From: a virus
Taxonomy: Duplodnaviria > Caudoviricetes
Strand: one strand, 5' to 3'
Length of the DNA stretch: 38,240 nucleotides
Virus record (IMG/VR): IMGVR_UViG_3300042923_000172
Span: 1-38,240 of that record
This document shows, one piece after another, positions 9,923 to 20,425 of this stretch. Made by a program: the position numbers and the translations under genes. The notes beneath the pieces are model-generated. The model saw only the letters and a program-made list of their open reading frames with translations. It had not been told where the DNA came from and ran no database searches. Each line of letters starts with the position of its first letter. Positions within the stretch are counted from its first letter, which is position 1.

Positions 9923-10283
9923 GTACCAAGAGGCAACAGGGCGTACAGCTAACCATGATTTTGCGGCAATTATTGGCCGTATGCAAGATAACCCGGTGTT
10001 AATTGAGTTAGCTAATTATGCATTAGGAGCGGCAGGAGAGGCCGGAGAGATTGCGGATATTGTTAAAAAGGTTGTATTCCATGGGCACCCACTAACGCAA
10101 GAGGTTATTGGTGAAATTGTTAAAGAGTGCGGGGATGAATTATGGTACATTGCCCGAGCAACAGCCGCATTAAAGGTTAAGTTATCCAAGGTTGCCGGCG
10201 GTAATATCCAAAAGTTAAAGGATCGTTACCCCGAGGGTTTTGACGAACAAAAGAGCATTAACCGAGAGGAGGCCCCACAATAA
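9891..10283 (+). CDS. MazG-like nucleotide pyrophosphohydrolase
   Basis: GEAGEIADIVKK...ECGDELWY...NIQKLKDRYPEGF. Confidence 0.85.
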   Translation: MSDQKSNALDRYQEATGRTANHDFAAIIGRMQDNPVLIELANYALGAAGEAGEIADIVKKVVFHGHPLTQEVIGEIVKECGDELWYIARATAALKVKLSKVAGGNIQKLKDRYPEGFDEQKSINREEAPQ

Positions 10284-10596
10284 TGTTTGCTAACAATACC
10301 GAGCAAATGGCAAGCGCATTAAAGGATATTGCAATTGTGGCATGGGGTTATTACGAGGATTTAAAGGGCCAAGGGTTTACAGATGAACAAGCATTTAAGA
10401 TGGTTTTAAGTTGGCAAGCATCGTTAATGGGCGGCAACAAATAAGAAGTTGGAGGGGTAAAGGTGAGCGTTTACAAAAATATATTATATAAGCATTTTTT
10501 AAGTAATAAAGGTTTTACAGTTGAAACGTTGAATTTATTAAACAATAAAAATTTACGCAAGTTAGCATTGGAGCAAGGTTGGAAGGATGTGCGGTA

Positions 10597-11088
10597 ATGG
10601 AGATATGCCAAGGATGTGGGGGAGCCGGTTGCAAGCAATGTAAGGATCAACAAACGCCCAAATTGTTTATACCGATTGAACCAATGGGAGCGGTTCGGAC
10701 AACCCAAAAAGGTAAATATACAAGTGAGGCATACAAGCGTTATGCCTCTTATAAAGAGCATATTGGATTAATGGCCAAGAATTATTTGAAGTTTATACCG
10801 CCCGGGGTTGCTGTTGCGATTACTGATTTAACTTTTTATATGCCGATACCCGAGAGCGGAAAAGTTAGTCGTATTGATCCATTAACAGGTAAGAGGAAAA
10901 AATACCCGGTTGCCGAGGGTATGCCGCACATCACTAAACCGGATATTGATAATTTAATAAAAGGGTTATTTGATAGTTTAAATGGGGTTGCGTGGGCCGA
11001 TGATGCACAAATTTTCAAGATTACTAACCAACAAAAAGTTTATAGAGAATACCCCGGCATTGAGTTTGGAATTGAATTTTTAAATTAG
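10597..11088 (+). CDS. rusA: RusA-type Holliday junction resolvase
   Basis: PMGAVR...KPDIDNLIKGLFDSLNGVAWADDAQI. Confidence 0.9.
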   Translation: MEICQGCGGAGCKQCKDQQTPKLFIPIEPMGAVRTTQKGKYTSEAYKRYASYKEHIGLMAKNYLKFIPPGVAVAITDLTFYMPIPESGKVSRIDPLTGKRKKYPVAEGMPHITKPDIDNLIKGLFDSLNGVAWADDAQIFKITNQQKVYREYPGIEFGIEFLN

Positions 11089-11433
11089 GGGGCGGCATCC
11101 ATGGCCAAGAAAAAACCAAACAAAGAGCAACGGGATAAAATACGAGCCGAGCGGGCCGATATTTACGAGCAAGGGTTTAACCATGGGTACCAAATGGGTT
11201 ATGAGGAAGGATTAAAAAAGGGTTGGGAACAAAACCAACGAAATGTAATTAAATTTGCAAATAGAGGGAGGTAACAACCATGCCAAAGAAATTTTTATAT
11301 GCTGATGAAGGATTTAAAGAACAACTAGCAGAGTTTATGCAACGAATTAACCCAAAACCAACGGGCGCAGAATTAGAAGAATTAAAGAAAAAGTATGAGG
11401 ATGAACGGGCCGCATACATACAAGGTAAAAAAC

Positions 11434-11853
11434 ATGCGGCCAACATGGGATAGTACATTTATTGCGGTTGCTGAAATTATAGCCAAACGATCAACATGCA
11501 AGCGGGCCAATGTTGGTTGCGTTTTAGTGGATCGTAACAATCGAATTATCGCAACAGGATATAACGGCGCAATACACGGGCATAAACATTGTTTGGATAT
11601 TGGTTGTCTAACGAATAGTGAGGGGCGTTGTATTCGTTGCATACATGCCGAACAAAATGCACTATTGCATGCTAAACAGGATTTAACAGGGTGTACAGCT
11701 TATGTCACACATGAACCATGCGAAACGTGCGCCAAGTTATTAAACCAAGCCGGTATTGATAAAGTTATATTTTTAAAGGCGTACCCAAACCCATACAATA
11801 AACATTTTAAAACACGGGTTTGGTTGCAACACAAAGGCAATATGGAGGGGTAA
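11434..11853 (+). CDS. dCMP deaminase (ComEB-like)
   Basis: RPTWD start, RSTC, ATGYNG, HAEQNA, PCETC. Confidence 0.9.
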   Translation: MRPTWDSTFIAVAEIIAKRSTCKRANVGCVLVDRNNRIIATGYNGAIHGHKHCLDIGCLTNSEGRCIRCIHAEQNALLHAKQDLTGCTAYVTHEPCETCAKLLNQAGIDKVIFLKAYPNPYNKHFKTRVWLQHKGNMEG

Positions 11854-11857
11854 CCAA

Positions 11858-12133
11858 ATGGGCATGCAACAAAAATTAGACCGGGAATATTTAAAAGGTT
11901 TTCAAGATGGACAAGCGGCAACCAATGAAACGTTAATACAAATGGCCCGCAATAGTGGAGTTATACAAGGCGCACAAGAAACATGGGATATTATCGAAAA
12001 GATGATACCCCAATTAGAGGGGATAGGGCCGAAAACAACAACGAAAATTATGCAGGCCATACAAAGATATGCAAAGCAAGAAAAGGCGAAATTATCGCAA
12101 AGGAATGGGCCTAATGAGAAAAGAAAAGGTTGA
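11858..12133 (+). CDS. Hypothetical protein with helix-hairpin-helix motif
   Basis: LEGIGPKT. Confidence 0.55.
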   Translation: MGMQQKLDREYLKGFQDGQAATNETLIQMARNSGVIQGAQETWDIIEKMIPQLEGIGPKTTTKIMQAIQRYAKQEKAKLSQRNGPNEKRKG

Positions 12134-12547
12134 TAAAGTTGTAAGGGATATGGAAGCCATGAAGTTTTTTAAAATGGATCGTTTGCCAAAAGAATTTTAC
12201 ACGTTAACCGATAAAGAAAAGGCCGAGGCAATAAACCAATACCGCCGCCGCAACAGTTTAGACCACGGCCGCCCATATGACGAAACTAAAAATTAATATA
12301 TTCAACATTTGTAAATATATGCTATTATTAGGACAAGGGGAGTGTCTTGCCGATTCTACCTTTTTAAAAGAGCCGCCGGATCGTTTGCCGGGATATAAAG
12401 CCATTTATAGGGAATGGAGCAAACGAGGCAACCAAGGCCAATATTGGTAATAAAGGCGGTTTGGCGCATTGAGATGGCGTTAAATCGCCTTTTTAAATAC
12501 AACGAGATTTACACCATGGCCCATTATTCAATTAGGAGTTGAGAGGC

Positions 12548-12661
12548 ATGGTTAAAAAATGTTTAGGTTGTAATGAGAATAAAGAAACATATAGAAAATT
12601 ATCGAGTTATTGCCAAAGTTGTTTTGAAAGATTATTAAAATTAAAGATTAATAACGAATAG
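12548..12661 (+). CDS. Small CxxC..CxxC protein (37 aa)
   Basis: MVKKCLGC...YCQSCFERLL; RBS GAGG. Confidence 0.45.
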   Translation: MVKKCLGCNENKETYRKLSSYCQSCFERLLKLKINNE

Positions 12662-12672
12662 GAGGGGCCGCC

Positions 12673-13176
12673 ATGGCCAAAAGTAAATACGATGAGTTAA
12701 ATATTGAAACCCGTTTACCCGAGATTGAACAAATGGCCCGTGATGGTTACCGAGATGAGGATATTTGTAAAAAGTTAGGGATAAGCCGACAGACTTTTTA
12801 TAATTGGGTTGCCAAGTATGAGGATTTTGCCGAGGCGGTACGAAAGGGCAAAGAGGTTGTTGATGCTGAAATTGAAAACAAGCTATTAGACAACGCCCGG
12901 GGTTATACCGTTTGGGAAGAAACACAAGAGTTAATGGATGTTTACGATCCATTAACAGGTTTGAAAGATAAACAATTAATAACAACCAAACGAGTTTTAA
13001 AGCATATTAAAGGCGATACAACGGCCCAAATATTTTGGTTAAAAAACCGTAAACCGGATGTATGGAGAGATAAACAACACATTGCACATGAGGGCCAAAT
13101 TGGGGTTAATGGTTTGGATTATATGAGTGATGAGGAGTTAGATAAAGCCTTAAAGGATTTGAAAGCCAATGAGTAA
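12673..13176 (+). CDS. Terminase small subunit
   Basis: HTH N-terminus; GDTTAQIFWLKNRKPDVWRDK. Confidence 0.85.
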   Translation: MAKSKYDELNIETRLPEIEQMARDGYRDEDICKKLGISRQTFYNWVAKYEDFAEAVRKGKEVVDAEIENKLLDNARGYTVWEETQELMDVYDPLTGLKDKQLITTKRVLKHIKGDTTAQIFWLKNRKPDVWRDKQHIAHEGQIGVNGLDYMSDEELDKALKDLKANE

Positions 13177-14716
13177 AAAAAATACAATAAGCCGCCTAGA
13201 CAAAGAGCGAGCATTATTGTTGATACGGGAAAAAAAGATAAGGGCGGCCCGGGTTAATTTTTGGGATTATTGCCAAGTCGAGGCCCCGGATTTTTACAAA
13301 CAAAATCGTTGGCATTTACAAATTTATTGCGATACGTTGCAAGCGTTGTACGAGAGGCGATTAACAAAAGACGAGTTTTATAATATATGTGAGGATGTTG
13401 CGCCCGAATGGTTTATTGAGCAATTTGATTGGGATCGCATGGCCGATGATGTTGTTTTTACTAAACTAATGATTAACATGCCGCCAAGGATGGGAAAAAG
13501 CCGAACATTGGTTAATTTTTGTAAGTGGGTATTGGGCCAAGAAATAACAAATAAGATTATGACAGCATCATATAACGATGATATGGCCCAAGAGTTTAGC
13601 CGTTACACCCGAGATGGAATTGACGAGGAAAAGTTATACCCGCATGAAATTGTTTTTAGTGATATTTTCCCCGGTACCAAAATTAAAAAAGGGGATGCAT
13701 CATATAAAAAATGGGCGTTAGAAGGTAACTTTTTTAATTATATTGGGGCCGGTATTGGTGGATCAATTACCGGTAAAGGTGGAGATATTGCCATTGTCGA
13801 TGATCCAATTAAGGATGCGGCCGAGGCTTATAACGAAACCCGTTTAGATAAAATTTGGTTATGGTACACCGGAACATTTAAGAGCCGTTTGGAAGAAAAA
13901 GACGGAAAAGCCGGCATTGAAATTGTTAACCATACACGTTGGAGCGATTTGGATATATGCGGGCGAATCCTAGCGAATGAGCAAGAGGCCGTTGAATGGT
14001 TTGAATTGCGCATGGAGGCATATTACGAGGGTATAGATCAATTGTTATGCCCGGCGTTATTAAGCAAAAAACGGTACTTATCATTGCGCCGTAACGTGGA
14101 TGAAAACATATTCTTTGCTAACTATCACCAAAAAACATTAAATGCCGAGGGGCGTTTATATAAGACTATCAAAACATATACCGATTTACCGAAAGATGTC
14201 GAGGGTAACAGTTTAACGGAAAGTGTTATAAATTATACCGATACCGCCGATGAGGGTAGTGATTATTTAGCAAGCATATGCGGAGCCGTTTACAATGGTG
14301 AGGTTTATATAACCGATGTTTTATACACGAAAGACGGTATGGAGATCACCGAGCCGCAAACCGCCGAAATGTTAGTAAAAAACAAAGTTGGATTGGCTCA
14401 AATAGAAAGTAATAACGGGGGCCGAGGGTTTGCCCGTAACGTTGAAAAACTAATTTGGGATAAGTACAAAAGCCGAATGGTTGCAATTAGATGGATGCAC
14501 CAAAGCAAAAACAAAAAGGCCCGTATTTTAACCAATGCAACCTATATACAGAATCATATTTATTTTCCGGTTAATTGGCATGACCGTTGGCCCGAGTTTT
14601 ACAAAGCAATTAACGGGTACCAACGAGAAGGGAAAAACACTAATGACGATGGCCCGGATGCATTAACAGGTATTGCCGAAATGATGGAAAAGCAACCTAA
14701 AATACGAGAATTATAG
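13169..14716 (+). CDS. Terminase large subunit
   Basis: MPPRMGKS Walker A, IVDDP, DTAD, IESNNGG, DDGPDA nuclease motifs. Confidence 0.92.
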   Translation: MSKKNTISRLDKERALLLIREKKIRAARVNFWDYCQVEAPDFYKQNRWHLQIYCDTLQALYERRLTKDEFYNICEDVAPEWFIEQFDWDRMADDVVFTKLMINMPPRMGKSRTLVNFCKWVLGQEITNKIMTASYNDDMAQEFSRYTRDGIDEEKLYPHEIVFSDIFPGTKIKKGDASYKKWALEGNFFNYIGAGIGGSITGKGGDIAIVDDPIKDAAEAYNETRLDKIWLWYTGTFKSRLEEKDGKAGIEIVNHTRWSDLDICGRILANEQEAVEWFELRMEAYYEGIDQLLCPALLSKKRYLSLRRNVDENIFFANYHQKTLNAEGRLYKTIKTYTDLPKDVEGNSLTESVINYTDTADEGSDYLASICGAVYNGEVYITDVLYTKDGMEITEPQTAEMLVKNKVGLAQIESNNGGRGFARNVEKLIWDKYKSRMVAIRWMHQSKNKKARILTNATYIQNHIYFPVNWHDRWPEFYKAINGYQREGKNTNDDGPDALTGIAEMMEKQPKIREL

Positions 14717-14740
14717 TATATTATTTTTGGAGGTGAGGGC

Positions 14741-16792
14741 ATGGGTTGGAAAAATTATGTTTTACCACCGGTATTTCATAAAAAAGCTAGTGAAATACAC
14801 CGGGCCGTAATTAAAATGTTGGGATTAACCCCGATATGGAGTAAAAGGAATTACGAAACATTTGCAAAAGAGGGGTACAACGCCAACGTTTGGGTTTATC
14901 GTTGTGTACAAGCAATTGCCCAAGGGGTTGCGGGGGTACCGTGGATGTTATACATGGTTGATAGTAAAGGAGAACGCAAAGAAATTTTGGTTCACGATTT
15001 ACTAAAACTATTGAACACCCCAAACGAATTTATGAGCCGATACGAATTGTTCGAGGCATATGCGGCATATGCGTTAATTGCCGGTAACAGCTATTTAGAT
15101 ATGGTTGGCCCGAGTGATAAAGCGAAACCAAAAGAGTTATGGCCATTGCGCCCGGATCGTATGCAAATTGTGCCGCATAGTACCGAGTTTATAGCGGGTT
15201 ACGTTTATTCTGTTAATGGTGACAACGTACCATTAGATAAAAGTCGCATAGCACATTTACGCATTTTTAACCCTATTGATGATTTGTTTGGATTATCTCA
15301 AATTGAGGTTGCGGGGCGTGGTATTGATAATGACAATGCCGCAAATGCATGGAATAACTCATTGTTAAATAACGGGGCAAGGCCGATGGGGGCGTTGGTT
15401 ACCGATGATGTTTTAACATCAAGCCAATTCGATAATTTAAAAAATGAGATTGATAAAAATGTAAAAGGTGCCAAAAACGCCGGAAAACCGATGTTATTAG
15501 AGGGCGGTTTAAAATGGCAAGAAATGGGCCTAAACCCCAAAGATATGGAATTTATTAACGCCAAAAAAATAAGTATTTTAGAAATATGCGCCTCATTTGG
15601 AGTACCGCCGGAGATCGTTGGTTATGGAGAGAGTAAAACATATGCCAATTATGCCGAGGCCCGCAAAGCGTTATATGAAGATGCGGTGATACCGCTATTA
15701 ACCAAAATTAAAGACAAGTTAAACGCAACATTGGTTAAAAAGTTTGGGGATAACTTAGTGTTAGAACCAAATTTAGATGCCATCGAGGCGTTACAAGAGA
15801 ATAGAGATTCTATTTATAAAAGAGCCATTGAGGCATATAATGGCGGCATCATAAAGTTAAATGAGGCCCGATCCGAGACGGGTTACGAGGATGTTGCGGG
15901 CGGCGATCAATTTATACCTACCCCAAAATTAGCGGCAACGCCGAAACCGGAGGGTAAGCAGGGCCATTTTTTTAACGTAAAGGCTATGAACATTGAAACC
16001 GAGGAGCAAAAAACGCTTTATTGGAAAGCAATGGAGAATGGCCGAGAAAATTATTATGAAAGGGCCATAAAGGCCGTTGAAAATCATTTTAAAGACGAAC
16101 ACAAATCAATTATAAAAGCGTTTAAAAGTGGCGGTGAGGATGCCGCTATAAAGGCTATTAATAAAAAAGGATTACAAAAAGTGTTAACCGGTATTTATGT
16201 TGAGGTTATGGATCATTTTGGTACCGATTTAATGGATCAATTCAAAAAGGATGCCGGCAACCATATGGAAACCAAGGCCCCGTTGATACCATTAGAAACT
16301 ATTTTTAATGTATTTGATAAAGCTGTACAAAAGTTTATTAGTACAACGGTTGCAAAAAAGGTTGTTGGTATTACACTAACAACCGAAAAGAAAATACGAA
16401 AGATAATAAAAGGGGCCGAAAAAGCCGGGGAAAGCATTGAGCAAATAGCGGCCGGGATTGATAAATTATATTTGGATCAAATTATACCTAATAGGAGTGA
16501 GGTTATTGCCCGCACCGAGGTTATAAGTGCATCCAATGCGGGTAATGCATATGCCGCAGATCAAACAGGGTTAAAATTAAACAAACAATGGTTAGCAACC
16601 CGAGACGAGCGCACAAGAGAAACCCATGATGCGGTTGATGGCCAAAAAAGATTAAAAACGGAATATTACGAGGTTGGTAACGTACAATTGTTATTTCCGG
16701 GTGACCCCGAGGGCATTGCCGAAACTGAAAAGGATTTAGCGAAAGAAGTAATCCAATGTAGATGCACCGAAATATATAGCGTTGTAAAATAA
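14741..16792 (+). CDS. HK97-family portal fused to a Mu gpF/SPP1 gp7-like minor head domain
   Basis: N-terminal ~390 aa portal (LWPLRPDRM, NNGARP, FGVPP); C-terminal IARTE...KQWLATRDERTRETH...IQCRC. Confidence 0.85.
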   Translation: MGWKNYVLPPVFHKKASEIHRAVIKMLGLTPIWSKRNYETFAKEGYNANVWVYRCVQAIAQGVAGVPWMLYMVDSKGERKEILVHDLLKLLNTPNEFMSRYELFEAYAAYALIAGNSYLDMVGPSDKAKPKELWPLRPDRMQIVPHSTEFIAGYVYSVNGDNVPLDKSRIAHLRIFNPIDDLFGLSQIEVAGRGIDNDNAANAWNNSLLNNGARPMGALVTDDVLTSSQFDNLKNEIDKNVKGAKNAGKPMLLEGGLKWQEMGLNPKDMEFINAKKISILEICASFGVPPEIVGYGESKTYANYAEARKALYEDAVIPLLTKIKDKLNATLVKKFGDNLVLEPNLDAIEALQENRDSIYKRAIEAYNGGIIKLNEARSETGYEDVAGGDQFIPTPKLAATPKPEGKQGHFFNVKAMNIETEEQKTLYWKAMENGRENYYERAIKAVENHFKDEHKSIIKAFKSGGEDAAIKAINKKGLQKVLTGIYVEVMDHFGTDLMDQFKKDAGNHMETKAPLIPLETIFNVFDKAVQKFISTTVAKKVVGITLTTEKKIRKIIKGAEKAGESIEQIAAGIDKLYLDQIIPNRSEVIARTEVISASNAGNAYAADQTGLKLNKQWLATRDERTRETHDAVDGQKRLKTEYYEVGNVQLLFPGDPEGIAETEKDLAKEVIQCRCTEIYSVVK

Positions 16793-16825
16793 AACCAAAG
16801 CAAATATAATAAGGGGGTACAAGCT

Positions 16826-17536
16826 ATGCGAGATTTTGAAGTTAAAAATTTTAGTTTTGAAATAAAAGCAACAAAAGATAACGAGTTTGAAGGTTATGCG
16901 GCGGTTTTTAATAACAAAGATAGTTATGATGATGTTATTGAGCCGGGCGCATTTGCTAAGACGATCCAAGAGAGTAAGAGAGTAAAAGTATTATGGCAAC
17001 ATGACCCGTGGCAACCGATTGGCAAACCAATTGCAATGTCAGAGGATAGTAAAGGCCTACACGTTAAAGCAAAAGTTAGTAATACCCAATTGGGTAAGGA
17101 TGTTGTACAATTGTTAAAGGATGGCGTTATTGACGAGTTATCTATTGGTTATAACACTATTAAAGCCGATTGGGATAGCATAAACGGTGTACGCCGCATT
17201 AAAGAGGTTAAGTTATGGGAGTTTTCACCTGTAACATTTGCCGCTAACGAGCAAGCCAATATTATTGGCGTTAAAAACATGGATGGATTAACCCCGGGAT
17301 TGGCCAAAATGCAAGCATGGATTGATGGCGAATTAAAGGCCGGTAAAGTATTAAGCGATAAAAACAAAAGTTTGGTACAATCCGCAATTGATGCATTAAC
17401 GGCACTTTTAAGCGCAACCGAAGGTAAAAGCGTTGAGCCGCCAAAAGGCACTCACCAACCAACGGATGAGGAAAAAAAAGCCGCCGATGATATTTTACTA
17501 ATGTTGCAAGAAATGCAACAATTTGCAAAAAAATAA
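16826..17536 (+). CDS. HK97-family prohead protease
   Basis: FEGYAAVF, LWQHD, LSIGY, LWEFSPVTFAANEQA. Confidence 0.92.
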   Translation: MRDFEVKNFSFEIKATKDNEFEGYAAVFNNKDSYDDVIEPGAFAKTIQESKRVKVLWQHDPWQPIGKPIAMSEDSKGLHVKAKVSNTQLGKDVVQLLKDGVIDELSIGYNTIKADWDSINGVRRIKEVKLWEFSPVTFAANEQANIIGVKNMDGLTPGLAKMQAWIDGELKAGKVLSDKNKSLVQSAIDALTALLSATEGKSVEPPKGTHQPTDEEKKAADDILLMLQEMQQFAKK

Positions 17537-17564
17537 TAATACTATTTTAGGAGGTTGGATAAGC

Positions 17565-18734
17565 ATGGAATTAAAAGACTTACAAAACCAATTGCAAACG
17601 AGTTTTGATGAATTAAAGAAAATGGGCCAACGTCAAGAGGACGAAATTAAAAAGTTTGGCGATGTAACCCAAGAAACAAAAAACAGCATTACGACAATTA
17701 ACGAAGAAATGACCAAGTTAAAAGGTCAAATTGATGATTTGGCTACAAAGGCAAACCGCATTGCGGTGCCGGGCCAAGGTTCTAACGATCCAAAAGAGCA
17801 AGAAAAGAAAAGCGCATTTTTTAAATTTATGCGTGAAGGATTCGGCGGTTTAAACCGTGAAGAAAAGGCCCTTGTACAAGATGCGGCCGGCGAAATCTTA
17901 GTGCCCGAGGCATTGGATTCGGTTTTATACCGTGAATTACCTAAACTAAACATTTTACGTTCACTTGCAAATGTGCGACAAATTTCAACAAACCGAGTGC
18001 GCCGCCGCTCGATCACTGAGTTAACAACAGGTTGGGGGAAACTTGAAACAACAGCCGCTAAACTTGGTGATTTTGAAAGTACACCGGTACCAAGTGACGA
18101 TTACATTTATGTTGAGGATGCGCTTGGACTAGTTAAAATTGGCGAGGACGAGTTAGAAGATACGGACATTAACTTAACTCAATTTTTAGCCGATTCGTTT
18201 GCGAGAGCATACGCAGAAATGGAAGAAAAGGCTTTTATGGTTGGTACAGGGCATGCAAACAACCAACCGGAAGGAATTTTAAACGGTACAGTTGTTGGCC
18301 GTTTTAATACGGGTGCTGTTGCAACATTTACGGCTGACGATGCTGTTAAACTAGCTTACCAAGTTGCGGCACAGTACCGCCAAAAAGGTGTTTATGTTGC
18401 AAATAGCCAAATTGAGTTAGCGATGCGATTAATGAAAGATAGCAACGGCCAATATTTATGGCAACCATCTTTACAAGCAGGAACACCGGCAACGTTTAAC
18501 GGCCGCCCGGTATACAATAACGAGGATGTTAGCGGCACAGTTGCAACAGGAAATAACATTCTTGTTTTCGGTGATGTTAACGCATCTTATCAAATTGTTG
18601 ATCGTACAGGTTCAACAATCCAACGCCTAAACGAGTTATATATTGAAGATGGCCTAATTGGGTTCAAGTTCAAACGCCGAGTGGGTGGCGGAATTGTACG
18701 CCCTAACGCTTTAAAAGTGTTAAAAGTACAATAA
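17565..18734 (+). CDS. HK97-fold major capsid protein
   Basis: Start MELKDL after AGGAGG; coiled-coil delta domain, GEILVPE, GTGHANNQPEGIL, KDSNGQYLWQP. Confidence 0.92.
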   Translation: MELKDLQNQLQTSFDELKKMGQRQEDEIKKFGDVTQETKNSITTINEEMTKLKGQIDDLATKANRIAVPGQGSNDPKEQEKKSAFFKFMREGFGGLNREEKALVQDAAGEILVPEALDSVLYRELPKLNILRSLANVRQISTNRVRRRSITELTTGWGKLETTAAKLGDFESTPVPSDDYIYVEDALGLVKIGEDELEDTDINLTQFLADSFARAYAEMEEKAFMVGTGHANNQPEGILNGTVVGRFNTGAVATFTADDAVKLAYQVAAQYRQKGVYVANSQIELAMRLMKDSNGQYLWQPSLQAGTPATFNGRPVYNNEDVSGTVATGNNILVFGDVNASYQIVDRTGSTIQRLNELYIEDGLIGFKFKRRVGGGIVRPNALKVLKVQ

Positions 18735-18744
18735 TTCTAGCTTT

Positions 18745-18779
18745 AAAAGCCGGGGGCATTGCGCCCGCCGGCTTTTTTT
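18745..18779 (+). terminator. Rho-independent terminator after the capsid gene
   Basis: AAAAGCCGG...CCGGCTTTTTT. Confidence 0.75.
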
Positions 18780-18800
18780 ATAAAACAAGGAGGGGTAAAA

Positions 18801-19193
18801 ATGCAAAAGTATTTTAAGGCAAAAATACCATTTTCAAGCGGCACAGGGATTTATAACCCGGCGGACAAAGAACCGAGCAAAGCCAATGCCAAAATGGTGG
18901 ATAGTTGGATTGAGGCCGGTTATGCGGTAGAGGTTGAGGCACCAATAGAGGAGCCAAAAAAAGAAATAAAAACAAAGGCCCCAAACGAGCCGAAAGAGCC
19001 GATTAAAACCGAGGTAATAGAAAGGGTTGCCGAGGAAGCTAAACAACCGAAAAACACAAAGAATGAAAGCCAAAACGATAATGTTGAGGATATGACATAC
19101 CCGCAACTAAAAAAAGCGGCGAAAGCGGCTAATATTAAAGGTTATCAAAATATGAAACAAATTGATTTAATTAAAGCGTTGAAAGGGGAGTAA
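18801..19193 (+). CDS. Head-associated protein with C-terminal Rho-N/HeH-like domain
   Basis: Start MQKYF; MTYPQLKKAAKAANIKGYQNMKQIDLIKAL. Confidence 0.7.
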   Translation: MQKYFKAKIPFSSGTGIYNPADKEPSKANAKMVDSWIEAGYAVEVEAPIEEPKKEIKTKAPNEPKEPIKTEVIERVAEEAKQPKNTKNESQNDNVEDMTYPQLKKAAKAANIKGYQNMKQIDLIKALKGE

Positions 19194-19198
19194 ACCCC

Positions 19199-19546
19199 AT
19201 GCCATTAAAAATAACGTTTGATACAAATGAGATCGAAGATTTTTTAAGAATTGATCCGGGAGCAGATGCCATTACCGTTGCAACCGTTAAGAGTGCGGCC
19301 ATAAACGAGGCCCAACAATTTTTAAATACTGATTTTTCAACAACGGTAACCAATGAGGATGGAACCACAACCACAACAGATAATGAGGCCCCGGCAATGG
19401 TTAAACAATGGGTATTATCAAGAATGGCCCAATTATACGAAATTCGCATGCCGGCACCATTTGGCGTGGGAGGTACGTTTAACACTTCACCCGATTACAC
19501 GTTAATAAAGCCATATCGAGTTATACAATTTAGAGGGTTTGAATGA
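19199..19546 (+). CDS. Head-tail connector (gp6/gp15-like)
   Basis: Position; FLRID...PAMVKQWVL...LYEIR...LIKPYR. Confidence 0.8.
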   Translation: MPLKITFDTNEIEDFLRIDPGADAITVATVKSAAINEAQQFLNTDFSTTVTNEDGTTTTTDNEAPAMVKQWVLSRMAQLYEIRMPAPFGVGGTFNTSPDYTLIKPYRVIQFRGFE

Positions 19547-19926
19547 TGATTAATCAATTGCGGCATAAAGTAACCATTGAAAGAAATACAGGGAGTACTA
19601 ACGATGGTGGCGGTAATAAAATTAAAGTTTGGGAACCATTAGCGGTTGTTTGGGCCAATGTTAGACCGTTGAACGGAAACGAAACTGTTATAGCCGAGCG
19701 AAAGAGCCAAGAGATAACCCATAACATTACCGTAAGATACCGAAAAGATTTTAAAAAAGATAATCACCGCATTAATTATAATGGGCGTATTATGCAAATT
19801 GAATATATAATTAATAAAGACGAACGCAACATTGAGTTAAATTTACATTGCAAAGAAATAACCGTTAACAAAGAAATACCAAGCACATGGAATGGCGATA
19901 AATTAACAACATCGTGGAGCGTTTAA
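19543..19926 (+). CDS. Head closure protein (SPP1 gp16-like) with C-terminal extension
   Basis: LRHKVTIE, DGGG, VWANVRP, ITVRYR. Confidence 0.85.
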   Translation: MMINQLRHKVTIERNTGSTNDGGGNKIKVWEPLAVVWANVRPLNGNETVIAERKSQEITHNITVRYRKDFKKDNHRINYNGRIMQIEYIINKDERNIELNLHCKEITVNKEIPSTWNGDKLTTSWSV

Positions 19927-19939
19927 AGGGGGTGATGGT

Positions 19940-20425
19940 ATGAGGGTAAACATGAAAGCCGATTTTAAACGAGCCGCCGGGGATGTTAAAACGTGGAGCC
20001 AAACCAAATTGCAACGCATACAAGACACGGTAAACGAAAGTGCTATAAACATACAAAGCGGAGCCAAAAAACGTTGCGTTGTTGATACCGGCCGTTTACG
20101 ATCATCCATTGCTATTGAACCATCCACCGGCCCGGGTTATGCATTACGGGTTGGTACAAAGGTTTTTTATGCGCCGTATGTTGAATTTGGCACCGGTATT
20201 TTTTCGGAACACCCAACCGAGCCGGGCCGCCAAACGCCGTGGGCATTTCCAGTACCGAAAACAGGAAAAAATAAAGATAAGTACAAATTCAAAAAAATCA
20301 CCGCCGAAGATGGCCAAGAATTATTTGTTACCCGTGGATCGAAACCACACCCGTTTTTATTCCCGGCCGCCGAGGAAGAAAGAACCAATTATTTGGCGGC
20401 AATGAGGAGGGTATTAAGTGAGTAG
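19940..20425 (+). CDS. HK97 gp10-like tail component
   Basis: VDTGRLRSSI, YAPYVEFGT, PHPFLFPA. Confidence 0.88.
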   Translation: MRVNMKADFKRAAGDVKTWSQTKLQRIQDTVNESAINIQSGAKKRCVVDTGRLRSSIAIEPSTGPGYALRVGTKVFYAPYVEFGTGIFSEHPTEPGRQTPWAFPVPKTGKNKDKYKFKKITAEDGQELFVTRGSKPHPFLFPAAEEERTNYLAAMRRVLSE

